This document shows positions 19,227-32,410 of a DNA stretch of 64,000 nt, piece after piece (the stretch's first letter is position 1; each line of letters begins with the position of its first letter). Under the pieces are notes generated by a model that saw only the letters and a list, made by a program, of their open reading frames with translations, did not search any database and was not told the DNA's origin. The position numbers and the translations under genes are program-made. The stretch comes from Candidatus Limnocylindrales bacterium (GTDB lineage Bacteria; Moduliflexota; Moduliflexia; Moduliflexales; JAUQPW01), in NCBI GenBank assembly GCA_035559535.1, contig DATMBG010000051.1, forward strand, positions 124,001 to 188,000, in the 5' to 3' direction.

Positions 19227-19529
19227 ATGATCGTACGAGAGTATAACGGGAATGTCCATAACCAACGAATAGGAGAAGCAGAAAAGGGGATTATTGTTAA
19301 AGCCGAAATCATTCATTTTGAGGATCTTACCGTTCCTAGAATTGCCCACAGTGTAGGTATTTTAAGAGCTCCCGATGGAAATGAGGTTAAACGAATCGAG
19401 GTTCTCTCCTTTACGGGAAGAGATCGGGTTCAACGGGAACGCAAAATCCGGGAATGGATGAAGGAACACACCAACCTGGAACCTATTGTGATGGATGGAT
19501 TAAATCCTGCTCTTACCGGTAAAAAGTGA
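19227..19529 (+). CDS. Hypothetical protein (about 100 aa) after nuoN
   Basis: Open frame MIVREYNGNVHNQRIG...; the extension to 19185 is translated repeat, so ATG 19227 is preferred. Confidence 0.6.
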   Translation: MIVREYNGNVHNQRIGEAEKGIIVKAEIIHFEDLTVPRIAHSVGILRAPDGNEVKRIEVLSFTGRDRVQRERKIREWMKEHTNLEPIVMDGLNPALTGKK

Positions 19530-19531
19530 AA

Positions 19532-19580
19532 GGGAAAAGGCAAAAGGGAAAAAGAAAGTTTTTCCCTTTTGCCTTTTCCC
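19532..19580. terminator. Perfect 22-bp hairpin between convergent genes, probable terminator
   Basis: GGGAAAAGGCAAAAGGGAAAAA-GAAAG-TTTTTCCCTTTTGCCTTTTCCC. Confidence 0.6.
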
Positions 19581-19581
19581 A

Positions 19582-21408
19582 TCAGGGAGCAAAAGAAAAA
19601 CTGACCGATGAAGAACTAACCCAATTATAAATATTTCCCACATCGGTTCCCGGAAGAACCAGCATGGCCGTCCAGGTATAAATACCGGGAGATTCCCTAC
19701 CTTTAAACAAATAGCTCATGATTAATTTCTCCGTTTCCTGGACGGTAAGTCCGGTTCTGAGGGGAATGATGGTGTTGGGTGCTCCCAGTTTATTCGGTCC
19801 TACCAGATAATATACGGTGCCTTTCGGAGTTGATAAGCTGACGTAAAGATCCAGGGTCCCGGCGGTTATAGAAAGATCCAGATACGTCTGGAGTAGACCG
19901 AAAATTGGGAAATTGGCAGCGTTTTGAATAAGCAAGACAGAACCCTCAATCCGTATTCCTAACACTCCGTTGAACCAGGTCTCCGCCATAAGGTCATAGC
20001 CCTGCCCATTGGGATGATGAAAGTCTGCGTAAAGTGTATCTCGATAGTCCGGGTAAGTGTTAAAAGCTTGAAACTGATCTACCAGGATAACCCCCCGATC
20101 CTGGGCAAGTTGTCGGATTTGATCGTTTAAATCCATCGTTTCTATATTCCCGGGATCCACCATGGGATCTCCCGGAAGGTTACGCAGGGGAATAATGGTA
20201 GCCAATACAGGGATGGTTCCAAATGCACGGGATTTGTCCACCATCATACCCAGGTTAAAGACGATACTACTGGTAGAATAATGAAGATAAATATCATTGG
20301 TTCCCTCCATGAGGAGAATGTACCGGCCCTGATCTTGTTGAAGTACCTTATCAATCCGGTTAACTCCCTGGAAAGTTGTCTCTCCGGGATATCCTTCATT
20401 AAGAACGGTCGAAAGGGCTACCTGCTGATCTAAAAGAGTTTCAAGTCTGGGGGGATAACCTCCAAGGTTTTCTTCGTCTCCAACCCCGGCGGTAATGCTA
20501 TCTCCGAAGGCGATGTAAGTCTCATTACGGGCGAGATTTAACTTGCTGGGGGCCTGTCGCCTGTTAGCCGTTGTGGGTCGCTGATTCTCTATCCCAACAG
20601 GTGGAGACCACCCCCTTGAAGTCCAGTAACTGGCGTAGGTTCGATAGCCTTGACCATCAAATCCATACCATGTAACCCATATGACTCCCGACTCATCCGC
20701 CTTCACGGAAGGGTTTACATCGGGTACCGCGTTGTCGGGATTAACCCGGGCTTCCGGTTGCCAGGTATGGCCGTTCCAATAAGAATAATAAATATCATCA
20801 TCGACCCCATCGAACCCAGACCAGAAAATCCAGAGTCTTCCTTGAGGATCCATAACCATCTGAGGAGATAGGTTAGAAGTAACCTGTGAAGAATTGACTT
20901 TTTGAGGGAGAGTCCATTCAGAACCTTCCCAATAAGTTACATAGATATCCTTTTCGATGGTAGAACCTGCCCTGCATTCTGTTCCTGCAACCGGGTCTAG
21001 ATTCCGTCCGGAGTTCCTCAAAGGGGTAGGTAGAGAAGGGTTACAGCCCAAAAGCTTTCTTTTCCAGCGGGACCAGGCGACCCAAACCGTTCCTTTACCG
21101 TCCACCAGGATAAAGGGAGTTTTATCGAGACTGGAAACATCCGGTGCCACTCTGCCCTCCGCAGTCCACTCAGACCCATTCCAATGGCTATAAAAAAGGT
21201 CCTCATCTTTCCCATCATAGCCGATCCAAACAACCCAGGGATAACCCTTTGGATCCAGAGCCAGGGTGAAGGCATAGCGATTCTGAATATCGGTAGAAGT
21301 AAATACTTGAGAGGTAATTAAGGAGTTTAAGAAAGGAAATTCTTCTTGGGCAAAACAAGAAAGAGAAAAAAACCAGGTGCATAACCCCACCAACAGGATT
21401 TTCCACAT
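19582..21408 (-). CDS. Secreted SGNH/GDSL hydrolase with N-terminal beta-propeller-like repeats
   Basis: Signal peptide MWKILLVGL...CFA; repeated D..G..W..W / IYYSYWNG..W; AFGDSITAG, MEGTND, DFHHPN blocks. Confidence 0.85.
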   Translation of the reverse strand: MWKILLVGLCTWFFSLSCFAQEEFPFLNSLITSQVFTSTDIQNRYAFTLALDPKGYPWVVWIGYDGKDEDLFYSHWNGSEWTAEGRVAPDVSSLDKTPFILVDGKGTVWVAWSRWKRKLLGCNPSLPTPLRNSGRNLDPVAGTECRAGSTIEKDIYVTYWEGSEWTLPQKVNSSQVTSNLSPQMVMDPQGRLWIFWSGFDGVDDDIYYSYWNGHTWQPEARVNPDNAVPDVNPSVKADESGVIWVTWYGFDGQGYRTYASYWTSRGWSPPVGIENQRPTTANRRQAPSKLNLARNETYIAFGDSITAGVGDEENLGGYPPRLETLLDQQVALSTVLNEGYPGETTFQGVNRIDKVLQQDQGRYILLMEGTNDIYLHYSTSSIVFNLGMMVDKSRAFGTIPVLATIIPLRNLPGDPMVDPGNIETMDLNDQIRQLAQDRGVILVDQFQAFNTYPDYRDTLYADFHHPNGQGYDLMAETWFNGVLGIRIEGSVLLIQNAANFPIFGLLQTYLDLSITAGTLDLYVSLSTPKGTVYYLVGPNKLGAPNTIIPLRTGLTVQETEKLIMSYLFKGRESPGIYTWTAMLVLPGTDVGNIYNWVSSSSVSFSFAP

Positions 21409-21563
21409 GGATGATCCGCCACTCATTGTTCGTTGTCCTCTGGAGTTTTTGATGCAGTAGAGGGTTGCCTTAAAAGTGCCCGACACTTTTCACCGAATTT
21501 GTAAAGAATTTTGCGCTACTCATCAACGATGAACAAAGGACAATGGACAAGGAGACAAAGAAG

Positions 21564-23423
21564 TTAACTGGCCAGTTTCACACCATTTTTGAAGTGCTGT
21601 TTAACATGATACATAGCCTGATCTGCTTTTTGGATAAGTTCTTCCTCTTCCAATCCATGATCTGGATAGGTGGCTACCCCAATACTGACACTCAAGGCAG
21701 AGATATCTACATCGAAGTCTCTCAGGACTTTTAAGTCTTCAATGGCCTGTCGAATTCTTTCTGCAATGGCAACGGCTTGCTCGGACCCCGTTTCAGGCAA
21801 AATAATAATAAATTCATCTCCTCCAAACCGTCCCACCACATCCTTTTCCCTGACTTTACTTTTCATAATCTGACCCACTTCAACCAGCGTTTGACTCCCT
21901 ACCAGGTGACCGTAGGTATCATTAACCTGTTTAAAATTGTCTAGATCTAGTAGAAGAATAGAAGTTTTAAAACCCTCTCGTTTGGACCGTTGAAGCTCTT
22001 GAATCAAAAACCGATGCAGGTAACGGGAATTGTAAAGTTTCGTGAGATCATCGGTGATAGCCGCCAGCTCCACCTGTCGGTACAGGGTTGCGTTTTCAAT
22101 GGCAATAGCGGCATGATCTGCAAGGGTTAAGACTAACTGGAAGTCTTTTTCTGTAAACGAAGTCCCGTCGGCCTTATTAATAATCTCCACGACCCCTAAG
22201 AGTTTATTTTTGGAAATTAAAGGCGCGCAGATAATCGACTTGCTCTCAAAATTACTTATCTTATCGACTTCTTTAAAGAATCGGGGATCTTTTTTTACAT
22301 CCTCTACGAAAAGAGGTTCTTTGGTGCTGGCCACCCAGCCGGCTATTCCCTGTCCGAGTTTTAATCGTAATCCTTCGACGGTACCCCCTCGAAGGGTCTC
22401 CGAAGCAGAGAAAACAAGTTCTTTTTTCTCTTCGTCCAGAAGCAGTATAGAAAGGGCCTCTGCTTTTATAAAATTCCTTACCTCGGCAATTAAATTTCTG
22501 AGGATTTTATCTGTTTCGGGAGTTAAATTCTGATACCTTAAGGCCTGACCGTGTTTTTCAGAAAATCGAGAAGACAACTCAACCAAGATTTGTAATTCTT
22601 CATGGGAGAAGTTACCTCCCCCATACTTATTAACAACCTCTATAACCCCAACCAGTTCATTGCGATACAGAAGGGGTGCACACATAATCGATCGTGTCTT
22701 AAATCCCTGCATCTTATCGATATCTTGAAAGAATCGGGTATCTTTATAGACATCTTCTACCAGGATAGGTTGCATGGTTTTGGCAACCCATCCGGCAATG
22801 CCCTGTCCCCACTTCAGTCGAATTCCTTCCAATTTATCGGCTTCAGCCGTCTCTGTTGCGGAAAAAACCAGCTCTTTCGTTTTTTCATCTATCAACAACA
22901 GGGATAAGGCCTGGGATTTAACCAAATCTTTAATTTTATCCATAATAATCTGAAGAACTTCCTTCAACTGAAGGGTTGAGGTGAGGGTCCTGGCCAGTTC
23001 ATTAAACGTGGAAAGTTCATGTATTTTTTTTTCAAGTTCGACCAGCAGGTTAGGTTTTTCGGGGGAGAAGGAGGGAGAGTTCTGCAAGTGATATTCGATT
23101 CTGGTAAAGAGTTTTTCAGGTTTTACAGATTTAGGAAGTAGATCCTGGATATTTAGTTTGAGGAGGTTTTGAACAAGTTCAAAGGAGAGTTGGGTTGAAA
23201 CAGCCAGAACAGGAACATGGGGATGGATCTGGCGGACCAGGGATAATTTCTCCAATCCTTTCCCATCTAAATCTATCAGGATCAAATCGGCAGGTTTAGC
23301 AAGTTGCTCCTGAAGCACGTTTTTATCCTCTATAAAAGAGCAAATATATCCCTTCGTTATCAGGAGCTTTTGATAAGCCTCGATGAAAAACTTGTTTGGA
23401 TCGATCAGGAGTAGATGGACCAT
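21564..23423 (-). CDS. REC-GAF-GAF-GGDEF diguanylate cyclase
   Basis: N-terminal receiver, two GQGIAGWVA GAF repeats, DDLTKLYN, DLDNFKQVNDTYGH, REKD I-site, RFGGDEF. Confidence 0.93.
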   Translation of the reverse strand: MVHLLLIDPNKFFIEAYQKLLITKGYICSFIEDKNVLQEQLAKPADLILIDLDGKGLEKLSLVRQIHPHVPVLAVSTQLSFELVQNLLKLNIQDLLPKSVKPEKLFTRIEYHLQNSPSFSPEKPNLLVELEKKIHELSTFNELARTLTSTLQLKEVLQIIMDKIKDLVKSQALSLLLIDEKTKELVFSATETAEADKLEGIRLKWGQGIAGWVAKTMQPILVEDVYKDTRFFQDIDKMQGFKTRSIMCAPLLYRNELVGVIEVVNKYGGGNFSHEELQILVELSSRFSEKHGQALRYQNLTPETDKILRNLIAEVRNFIKAEALSILLLDEEKKELVFSASETLRGGTVEGLRLKLGQGIAGWVASTKEPLFVEDVKKDPRFFKEVDKISNFESKSIICAPLISKNKLLGVVEIINKADGTSFTEKDFQLVLTLADHAAIAIENATLYRQVELAAITDDLTKLYNSRYLHRFLIQELQRSKREGFKTSILLLDLDNFKQVNDTYGHLVGSQTLVEVGQIMKSKVREKDVVGRFGGDEFIIILPETGSEQAVAIAERIRQAIEDLKVLRDFDVDISALSVSIGVATYPDHGLEEEELIQKADQAMYHVKQHFKNGVKLAS

Positions 23424-23703
23424 ATCATTGGGTATCTAAAGGATTGGATGGATACAAGATCTGTCCCAAATTTCTTAAAGGTTCATCTTTTAAATACTCA
23501 AATTTTATGTTAGATATCAGATGGAGCAAAAAGTTTGCCTTTATTTAAGCTCTCCACCGGTTTTATGCACTTTTGTTTATCTCTTTGGGTAAGAATAGAA
23601 AAGTCTTTTTATAGCCAGTGGGAAAAGACAGAAAAATTATATCTTTTTGCTTTAAGAAGTCAAGAGTTTTAGAGGCGGTTATTTACTTTTGTAAAAGTAG
23701 AAG

Positions 23704-23732
23704 TTGACAAATCGTATGAGCCCTGCTATGGT
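23704..23732 (+). promoter_or_regulatory. sigma70-type promoter of recA
   Basis: TTGACA-17 bp-TATGGT with TG extended -10. Confidence 0.6.
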
Positions 23733-23810
23733 TTCAACTAAAAAGATAAGAATAGGGATTCAATATTTATAAAAAATTATGAATTTTTTTGCATAAAGAA
23801 GGGAGATTCC

Positions 23811-24851
23811 ATGATTGTAGATAACGAAAAAAAGAGAAAGGCCCTGGAGGTGGCCATGGCCCAGATTGACAGGCAGTATGGGAAGGGGACGATTATGCGG
23901 TTGGGGGAGGAAGGGGCCATCGAGAAGGTTTCGGTTATTCCAACGGGTTGTTTGTCTTTGGATATTGCCTTAGGAGTTGGTGGAATTCCCAGGGGTCGGA
24001 TTATTGAAATTTACGGACCGGAGTCTTCCGGTAAAACAACTTTAGCTTTACATGTAGCTGCGGAAGCTCAGAAACGAGGCGGTGTGGCGGCCTTCATTGA
24101 TGCCGAGCACGCTTTAGATGCAAAATATGCCAGAAAACTTGGAGTCAATACCGATGAGTTGTTGATCTCTCAACCCGATACCGGGGAGCAGGCCTTAGAA
24201 ATTACCGAAATATTGGTTCGAAGTACCGCAGTTGATCTGATCATCATTGATTCGGTTGCAGCCCTGGTTCCCAAAGCAGAACTGGAAGGAGAGATGGGAG
24301 ATGCTCAAATGGGGCTTCAAGCCAGACTGATGTCTCAAGCTCTAAGAAAGTTAACGGCGGCCATCAGTAAGTCCCGAACCACGGTTATCTTTATTAATCA
24401 GGTTCGTGACAAAATCGGTGTCATGTTTGGAAACCCGGAGACAACCACCGGGGGAAGAGCCCTTAAATTTTATGCCAGTCAGCGCCTCGAAATTCGGCGT
24501 ATTGCTTCTATTAAGCAGGGTCAGGATATTGTCGGAAATCAAACCAGGGTTAAGGTGGTTAAAAATAAAGTCGCAGCACCCTTTAAAGAAGTAGAATTCG
24601 ACATCATGTATGACGAAGGTATCTCGCGGGAAGGTGATATTCTAGAATTAGCCGTTAATGCCGGACTGATAGATAAAAGTGGAACCTGGTATGCTTATGG
24701 AGAGGAAAGGATTGGTCAGGGGAAAGAAAACGCCAAAATTTATTTAAAGGAGCATCCGGAGTTAACCCGGTTATTAGAGGAGAAAATCCGAGAAAAATAT
24801 GGATTATTAGAATTTTTACAGGAACCAGCTGGGGAAGAGATAGGAGGGTAA
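23811..24851 (+). CDS. recA: Recombinase RecA
   Basis: [33 protein letters not shown]. Confidence 0.99.
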   Translation: MIVDNEKKRKALEVAMAQIDRQYGKGTIMRLGEEGAIEKVSVIPTGCLSLDIALGVGGIPRGRIIEIYGPESSGKTTLALHVAAEAQKRGGVAAFIDAEHALDAKYARKLGVNTDELLISQPDTGEQALEITEILVRSTAVDLIIIDSVAALVPKAELEGEMGDAQMGLQARLMSQALRKLTAAISKSRTTVIFINQVRDKIGVMFGNPETTTGGRALKFYASQRLEIRRIASIKQGQDIVGNQTRVKVVKNKVAAPFKEVEFDIMYDEGISREGDILELAVNAGLIDKSGTWYAYGEERIGQGKENAKIYLKEHPELTRLLEEKIREKYGLLEFLQEPAGEEIGG

Positions 24852-24854
24852 TCT

Positions 24855-26042
24855 ATGGACGTTAATGAGCTCTTAAAACAGATGATGGAACGTCAGGCAT
24901 CTGATCTCCACCTTAAGGTGGGAAGTCCTCCCGTTATTCGGGTTAATGGAAATCTTCATCCCATTACTGAACATCAAAGACTCCGACACGAAGACCTGGT
25001 GGCGATGGCTTCCCAGATTCTTACCAATAAGAAGCAAAAACAGGAATTTGTGGAAAACAATGAGATAGATACAGCTTATAGTATACCGGGTTTAGGGAGG
25101 TTTCGATGTAATATCTTTCGCCAGCGGGGAAGTATTGGCATTGTACTCAGAGCAATCCCCATAAACATCCTGACCATTCGAGAACTCGGCCTCCCTCCCG
25201 TTTTAGAAGAATTAGCCTTAGAGCCTCGAGGTTTGATCCTGGTAACGGGAATCACCGGAAGTGGTAAATCCACAACCCTGGCCGCTATGATCGATCATAT
25301 CAATACCCATGTGGATGCCCACGTCATTACCATCGAGGATCCCATCGAATTCCTCCACCGGGATAAAAAGAGTCTGGTTAATCAGCGAGAGGTAGGGAGT
25401 GATACCCTGGGATTTAATAAAGCCCTGCGAAGCGCTCTTCGACAGGATCCTGATGTTATCCTGGTTGGAGAGATGCGAGATCAGGAAACGATGGCCACGG
25501 CAATTACCGCCGCTCAGACCGGTCATCTCGTCATGAGTACTTTGCATACGGCTGATGCCATGGGAACCATTAACCGAATTCTCTCCATGTTTCCTCCCCA
25601 TCAGAACCAGCAAATCAGACTGGAGTTGGCCGAAGTGTTGCGAGGAATTATCTCCATGAGACTGGTTCGGAGAGCGGATGGAAAAGGACGGGTTCCTGCA
25701 GTTGAAGTCTTAATCGTGACCGATATTATTCGTGAATGCATCGTAGATCCGGCCAAGACGTTCAGGATCCCCGATATCATTGCCGCCGGTACTTCCCAAT
25801 ATGGAATGCAAACCTTCGATCAGGCTTTAATGAAGCTTCTTCAAGACGGACTTATTACTTATGAGGAAGCTCTGCTCCAGAGCACCAAGCCCAGTGATTT
25901 TGCCCTTAAAGTCAAAGGTATTCAATCCACTGAGGATACCATCAAGGAGCGATTGGCCGCCGAACAGATTGCCTTAGCCGGTGCAAAAGAAAAAAACAAA
26001 CGACCTCCAACCCCCTCCTCCGGGGCGTTTACCAGGTATTAA
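24855..26042 (+). CDS. pilT: PilT/PilU family type IV pilus retraction ATPase
   Basis: ASDLHL, GITGSGKSTT, TIEDPIE, LRQDPDVILVGEMRD, GMQTFDQ; lacks canonical AIRNLIRE, so may be a paralog. Confidence 0.85.
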   Translation: MDVNELLKQMMERQASDLHLKVGSPPVIRVNGNLHPITEHQRLRHEDLVAMASQILTNKKQKQEFVENNEIDTAYSIPGLGRFRCNIFRQRGSIGIVLRAIPINILTIRELGLPPVLEELALEPRGLILVTGITGSGKSTTLAAMIDHINTHVDAHVITIEDPIEFLHRDKKSLVNQREVGSDTLGFNKALRSALRQDPDVILVGEMRDQETMATAITAAQTGHLVMSTLHTADAMGTINRILSMFPPHQNQQIRLELAEVLRGIISMRLVRRADGKGRVPAVEVLIVTDIIRECIVDPAKTFRIPDIIAAGTSQYGMQTFDQALMKLLQDGLITYEEALLQSTKPSDFALKVKGIQSTEDTIKERLAAEQIALAGAKEKNKRPPTPSSGAFTRY

Positions 26043-26097
26043 ACCGGGGTGATCCTGAGATCGGTTTCCCGGCCTCATCCAAACAGGCTTTAAACTT

Positions 26098-26610
26098 ATG
26101 AAAGGATCGCTCCTCCCCTTCATGGATCAGGAAATTTTTCTTAAAGCGAAAACCCTTGCCTACAAGCTTCTGGCTCGACGATCCAGATCTGTTCAAGAAC
26201 TCCGGGATAAACTCCTTGCCCACCATATTCCACCAGAAATCTCTTCCCGGGTCATCAGGGATCTAAAAAAATCTCATTACCTGGATGATGAAGATTACGC
26301 GCGCACCTGGGCACAAAATCGATTGAACTTGAAGGCTTATGGACCTCAACGGATTGAACAAGAATTATTTCACAAAGGAATTTCTTCAGAAGTGGTGGAG
26401 AAGGTTATGTCCGAGGTCTACCAGAAGGTAGATCTTGTAGAGCTGGCTAAAAGGGCTCTTCTTAAGAAAAAAGGAAGAGGAACAGATCTAGATGTTAAAA
26501 CGCGACGGCGTTTGTATACTTATCTCTGGCGTAGAGGTTTTCCGACCGATATCATTCAACAGGTTTTGAGTCCAGGAAATGAAGATCCGGCAGAAGGCCA
26601 TCCAAGCTAG
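26098..26610 (+). CDS. recX: Regulatory protein RecX
   Basis: LLARRSRSVQELRDKL, YLDDEDYA, GPQRIEQEL..KGI, YLWRRGF; downstream of recA. Confidence 0.92.
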   Translation: MKGSLLPFMDQEIFLKAKTLAYKLLARRSRSVQELRDKLLAHHIPPEISSRVIRDLKKSHYLDDEDYARTWAQNRLNLKAYGPQRIEQELFHKGISSEVVEKVMSEVYQKVDLVELAKRALLKKKGRGTDLDVKTRRRLYTYLWRRGFPTDIIQQVLSPGNEDPAEGHPS

Positions 26611-26674
26611 CACGTTGTAAAGTTAATCTTCTACTTTTGTTCCCGAAGGCTCAATTCTGCAAAAGTGGAATAAC

Positions 26675-29326
26675 CTATTTATTCGTATCCAGGATTACTT
26701 TGCGTAGGGTTTGGCTTAGCTCTTCGATTTTATAAGGCTTTGAAATAACTCCACTGAAACCATACTGTTTATATTCGGCCATTATGGGATCATTGGAATA
26801 GCCGCTGGAAACAATGGCCTTAACCTGAGGATTTATTTCTAGCAGTCTCCGAAGGGTTTCCTTCCCTCCCATACCTCCTGGAATTGTTAAATCCATAATC
26901 ACAACTTCAAAGGGTTGATGGGATTCCATGGCCTTTTTATATAATTCTATCGCCTCAACTCCATCTCTGGAAAGCGCTACTTCATATCCCATCTGTTCCA
27001 GTATCTGACTCGTAGCCTCTCTAAGGATCTCTTCATCATCCATGATCAAAATTCTTTTCTTACTCATCTGTGGATTAACCTCTATACCGGCTTCCATAGA
27101 ATCTTTAGGGAGAGGAATTTCTTTTCGGGATGCAGGAAGATAAATAGAGAAAGTAGTTCCCACTCCCAATTTGGATTCCACTCCAATGTAACCCCCATGC
27201 CTTTTTATAATCGAATACGTTGTCGCAAGCCCAAGACCACTTCCCTTTTGTTTGGTAGTAAAATAGGGGTCAAAGATCTTCGGCAAGTGTTCTGCAGGAA
27301 TACCCGTTCCTTCATCCTGTATGGACAGCTTGATATAAGGTCCCATGGGCAGAGGGAGTTCTTGCTCTCCTTCGACCCCAACCATCTTATTTTCAGCCGT
27401 TACTTTGATGATCCCTCCTTCCGGCATGGCTTGTTGGGCGTTGAGGATTAAGTTATGGATCACCTGGCTCATCTGCCCTTTATCCACTTCAACAAGCCAG
27501 AGGTCCTCGGGAATAGAAAATTCACATCGAACATTAGAGCCTCTCAAGGCAAAGTTAGCCGAATCTTTGACTAATTCTGCGATAGAAGCTGTTTTCTTAA
27601 TCGGTGCTCCACCTTTAGAGAAGGTCAGTAACTGCTGGGTTAGATCCTTTGCCCGTAAGGAAGCTTTTTCTGCCTCATCGAGATTTTTAAATATCTCCCC
27701 TTCGGGATCTACCTTCATTTTTGCCAGGGATATATTCAGCAGAATAGCGGTTAGAATATTATTAAAATCGTGGGCGATACCACCGGCCAGGACACCGATC
27801 GATTCCAGTTTTTGGGCTTTCAGAAGCTCTGCTTCCATCTTCTTACGATCGGTGATGTCGGTTGCAATTCCGGCAATCCGGTAAACTTCTCCAAGCCCAT
27901 TCCGAACCGGAAAAGCCCGATCCCTTATCCAACGAATTGATCCATCGGGTTGCAGAATCCGATACTCTTCATCGTACTCGCCACGGATCTGTTTCTCAAG
28001 AGCCGCTCGAATGCGTTCACGATCTTCAGGATGAATGGCATCTATCCAGGATCTGGGTTGTTCATAGAGACTCTTACAGGTACGACCCCATATCCTCTCG
28101 TAAGCAGGGCTTACATAGATCATCTGGCTCTTATCGGGAGAAGTCATCCAGAAAACCTCACCGATATTCTCAGCTATTTGGCGAAATTTTTCTTCACTTT
28201 GTTGGGCAGCCTGGATGGCTACTTCCAGATGATACTTGGAAGCTTCTGCTTCCCGACGCCGTTTCTCAGACTCTTCGAATAGTCTGGCATTTTCAATGGC
28301 CATGGCCAGTTGTCCGGCAATTTGATATAAGACATCGAGGACTTTTTCTTCGTAGTAATTGGGTTGATAACTATTCAGAAAGAGGAGACCCAGAACTTTA
28401 TCTTTAACCATCAAAGGAACCCGGACAACAGACCGAACTCCCCAAGAAAGCAGAGTCTGGTCGGGTAAAAAAACCTGATTTTTCCTGAGATCTTTCTGAA
28501 TATGGGCCTGTCGTGAGGTCAACATCCACTCCAGCGCGCTCCCTTTAAGAGGAAAAACGATCTCTGGAGGCGGAGTACTCTTACTCCCTTCCCTTACCGG
28601 GGATTTTACAATGATATTTTCTCCCGATTCGTCGATCAGAGTAATTCCTGCATGATCGTAGTTCACCAGGTCTTTTAAATTGGTCAGGGTCTGATAAATG
28701 ATGATCTCTAAGTCCAGGCTTGATCTGATCTTATTGGTGAGATCATAGATAAGCGCCAGTTGTTTTGCTTTTTCCCTGGATTCTTCATAAAGTCTGGCAT
28801 TTTCAATGGCAATAGCTGCTTGGTTGGCAAAACTGGAAACCAGCTGGATCTCTTCTTCGGAAAAAAGCCGGGTTTGATCGGCGATCATACCCAGAACCCC
28901 GATCACTTTATCTCGGATTTTCAAAGGAACTCCCAAAAAAGACTTAAGGCCGTGTTTTTTCGCAATATGGGCATGGACATTTCGCCCATCCAACGTAACA
29001 TCCTCAACGATCAGGGGTTCACCTCGTGCTACAATCCAACCCGAGAGGCTTTCACCTATTTTTAATTTGCGAAATTCCTGTTGGGAATCTTTATAAACTC
29101 CTGAAGCGGCTGCAAACACCAGTTCGTTGTTCTCATTAAGCAATCGAATATGGCAGGCAGGGACCTTCATGAGATTGGCACAGGCCTCCACAATGAAAAC
29201 AAGAACTTCTTTAAGATTTAGAGATGAAGTAATGAGTTGCTGACTCCTGGCCAGCGTAGAAAGCTCATGATTTCGTTTCTCCAGGGCCTGTTCTAAAGAG
29301 AATTTGTCCTTCAAATCACTGTCCAT
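26675..29326 (-). CDS. Hybrid sensor histidine kinase (GAF-GAF-PAS-HisKA-HATPase-REC)
   Basis: AGGIAHDFNN H-box, NLILNAQQAM, DEGTGI, FTTKQKGSGLGL, C-terminal receiver MDDE...MDLTIPG. Confidence 0.95.
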   Translation of the reverse strand: MDSDLKDKFSLEQALEKRNHELSTLARSQQLITSSLNLKEVLVFIVEACANLMKVPACHIRLLNENNELVFAAASGVYKDSQQEFRKLKIGESLSGWIVARGEPLIVEDVTLDGRNVHAHIAKKHGLKSFLGVPLKIRDKVIGVLGMIADQTRLFSEEEIQLVSSFANQAAIAIENARLYEESREKAKQLALIYDLTNKIRSSLDLEIIIYQTLTNLKDLVNYDHAGITLIDESGENIIVKSPVREGSKSTPPPEIVFPLKGSALEWMLTSRQAHIQKDLRKNQVFLPDQTLLSWGVRSVVRVPLMVKDKVLGLLFLNSYQPNYYEEKVLDVLYQIAGQLAMAIENARLFEESEKRRREAEASKYHLEVAIQAAQQSEEKFRQIAENIGEVFWMTSPDKSQMIYVSPAYERIWGRTCKSLYEQPRSWIDAIHPEDRERIRAALEKQIRGEYDEEYRILQPDGSIRWIRDRAFPVRNGLGEVYRIAGIATDITDRKKMEAELLKAQKLESIGVLAGGIAHDFNNILTAILLNISLAKMKVDPEGEIFKNLDEAEKASLRAKDLTQQLLTFSKGGAPIKKTASIAELVKDSANFALRGSNVRCEFSIPEDLWLVEVDKGQMSQVIHNLILNAQQAMPEGGIIKVTAENKMVGVEGEQELPLPMGPYIKLSIQDEGTGIPAEHLPKIFDPYFTTKQKGSGLGLATTYSIIKRHGGYIGVESKLGVGTTFSIYLPASRKEIPLPKDSMEAGIEVNPQMSKKRILIMDDEEILREATSQILEQMGYEVALSRDGVEAIELYKKAMESHQPFEVVIMDLTIPGGMGGKETLRRLLEINPQVKAIVSSGYSNDPIMAEYKQYGFSGVISKPYKIEELSQTLRKVILDTNK

Positions 29327-29509
29327 GAGACATAAAAATATCGGAACAATCCATTTACTGACTCAGATAGAATGGAGCTCATTTGTTTCCCTTTTTAACT
29401 ATCCTATATATAATTATTTGTCAACATTTTTGTACAAAGCAGGAAACCGAGGGTTTACTCGGATTTTACTTGCGAGTTTCTTGTTTCTCTGTTATGTTAA
29501 AATAGATAA

Positions 29510-32206
<2,697 letters not shown>

Positions 32207-32382
32207 ACAGGTAGAATTTCGTCTTTATCCTGGCTCGAGGGAAAAACAGAGCCTGCTTCTTGCCTTACTGTTGGACAAATCAGAGAAAATCTCATCCAAG
32301 ACTCCCTGGAAAACTCTATAGGATTCTTTCGTCTTTAAGGAAAGGGATTTCTGCTGGATCCTCAAAAAAGGGTAAGTTTATA

Positions 32383-32410
32383 TTGACAAGGGTTCTGAAT
32401 AGAATAATAT
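32383..32410 (+). promoter_or_regulatory. sigma70-type promoter of radical SAM gene
   Basis: TTGACA-16 bp-TAATAT. Confidence 0.5.

Noticed and set aside
23640..23810. LexA/SOS box upstream of recA
   Set aside because: No CTGT-N8-ACAG or GAAC-N4-GTTC match found; a lineage-specific box cannot be excluded
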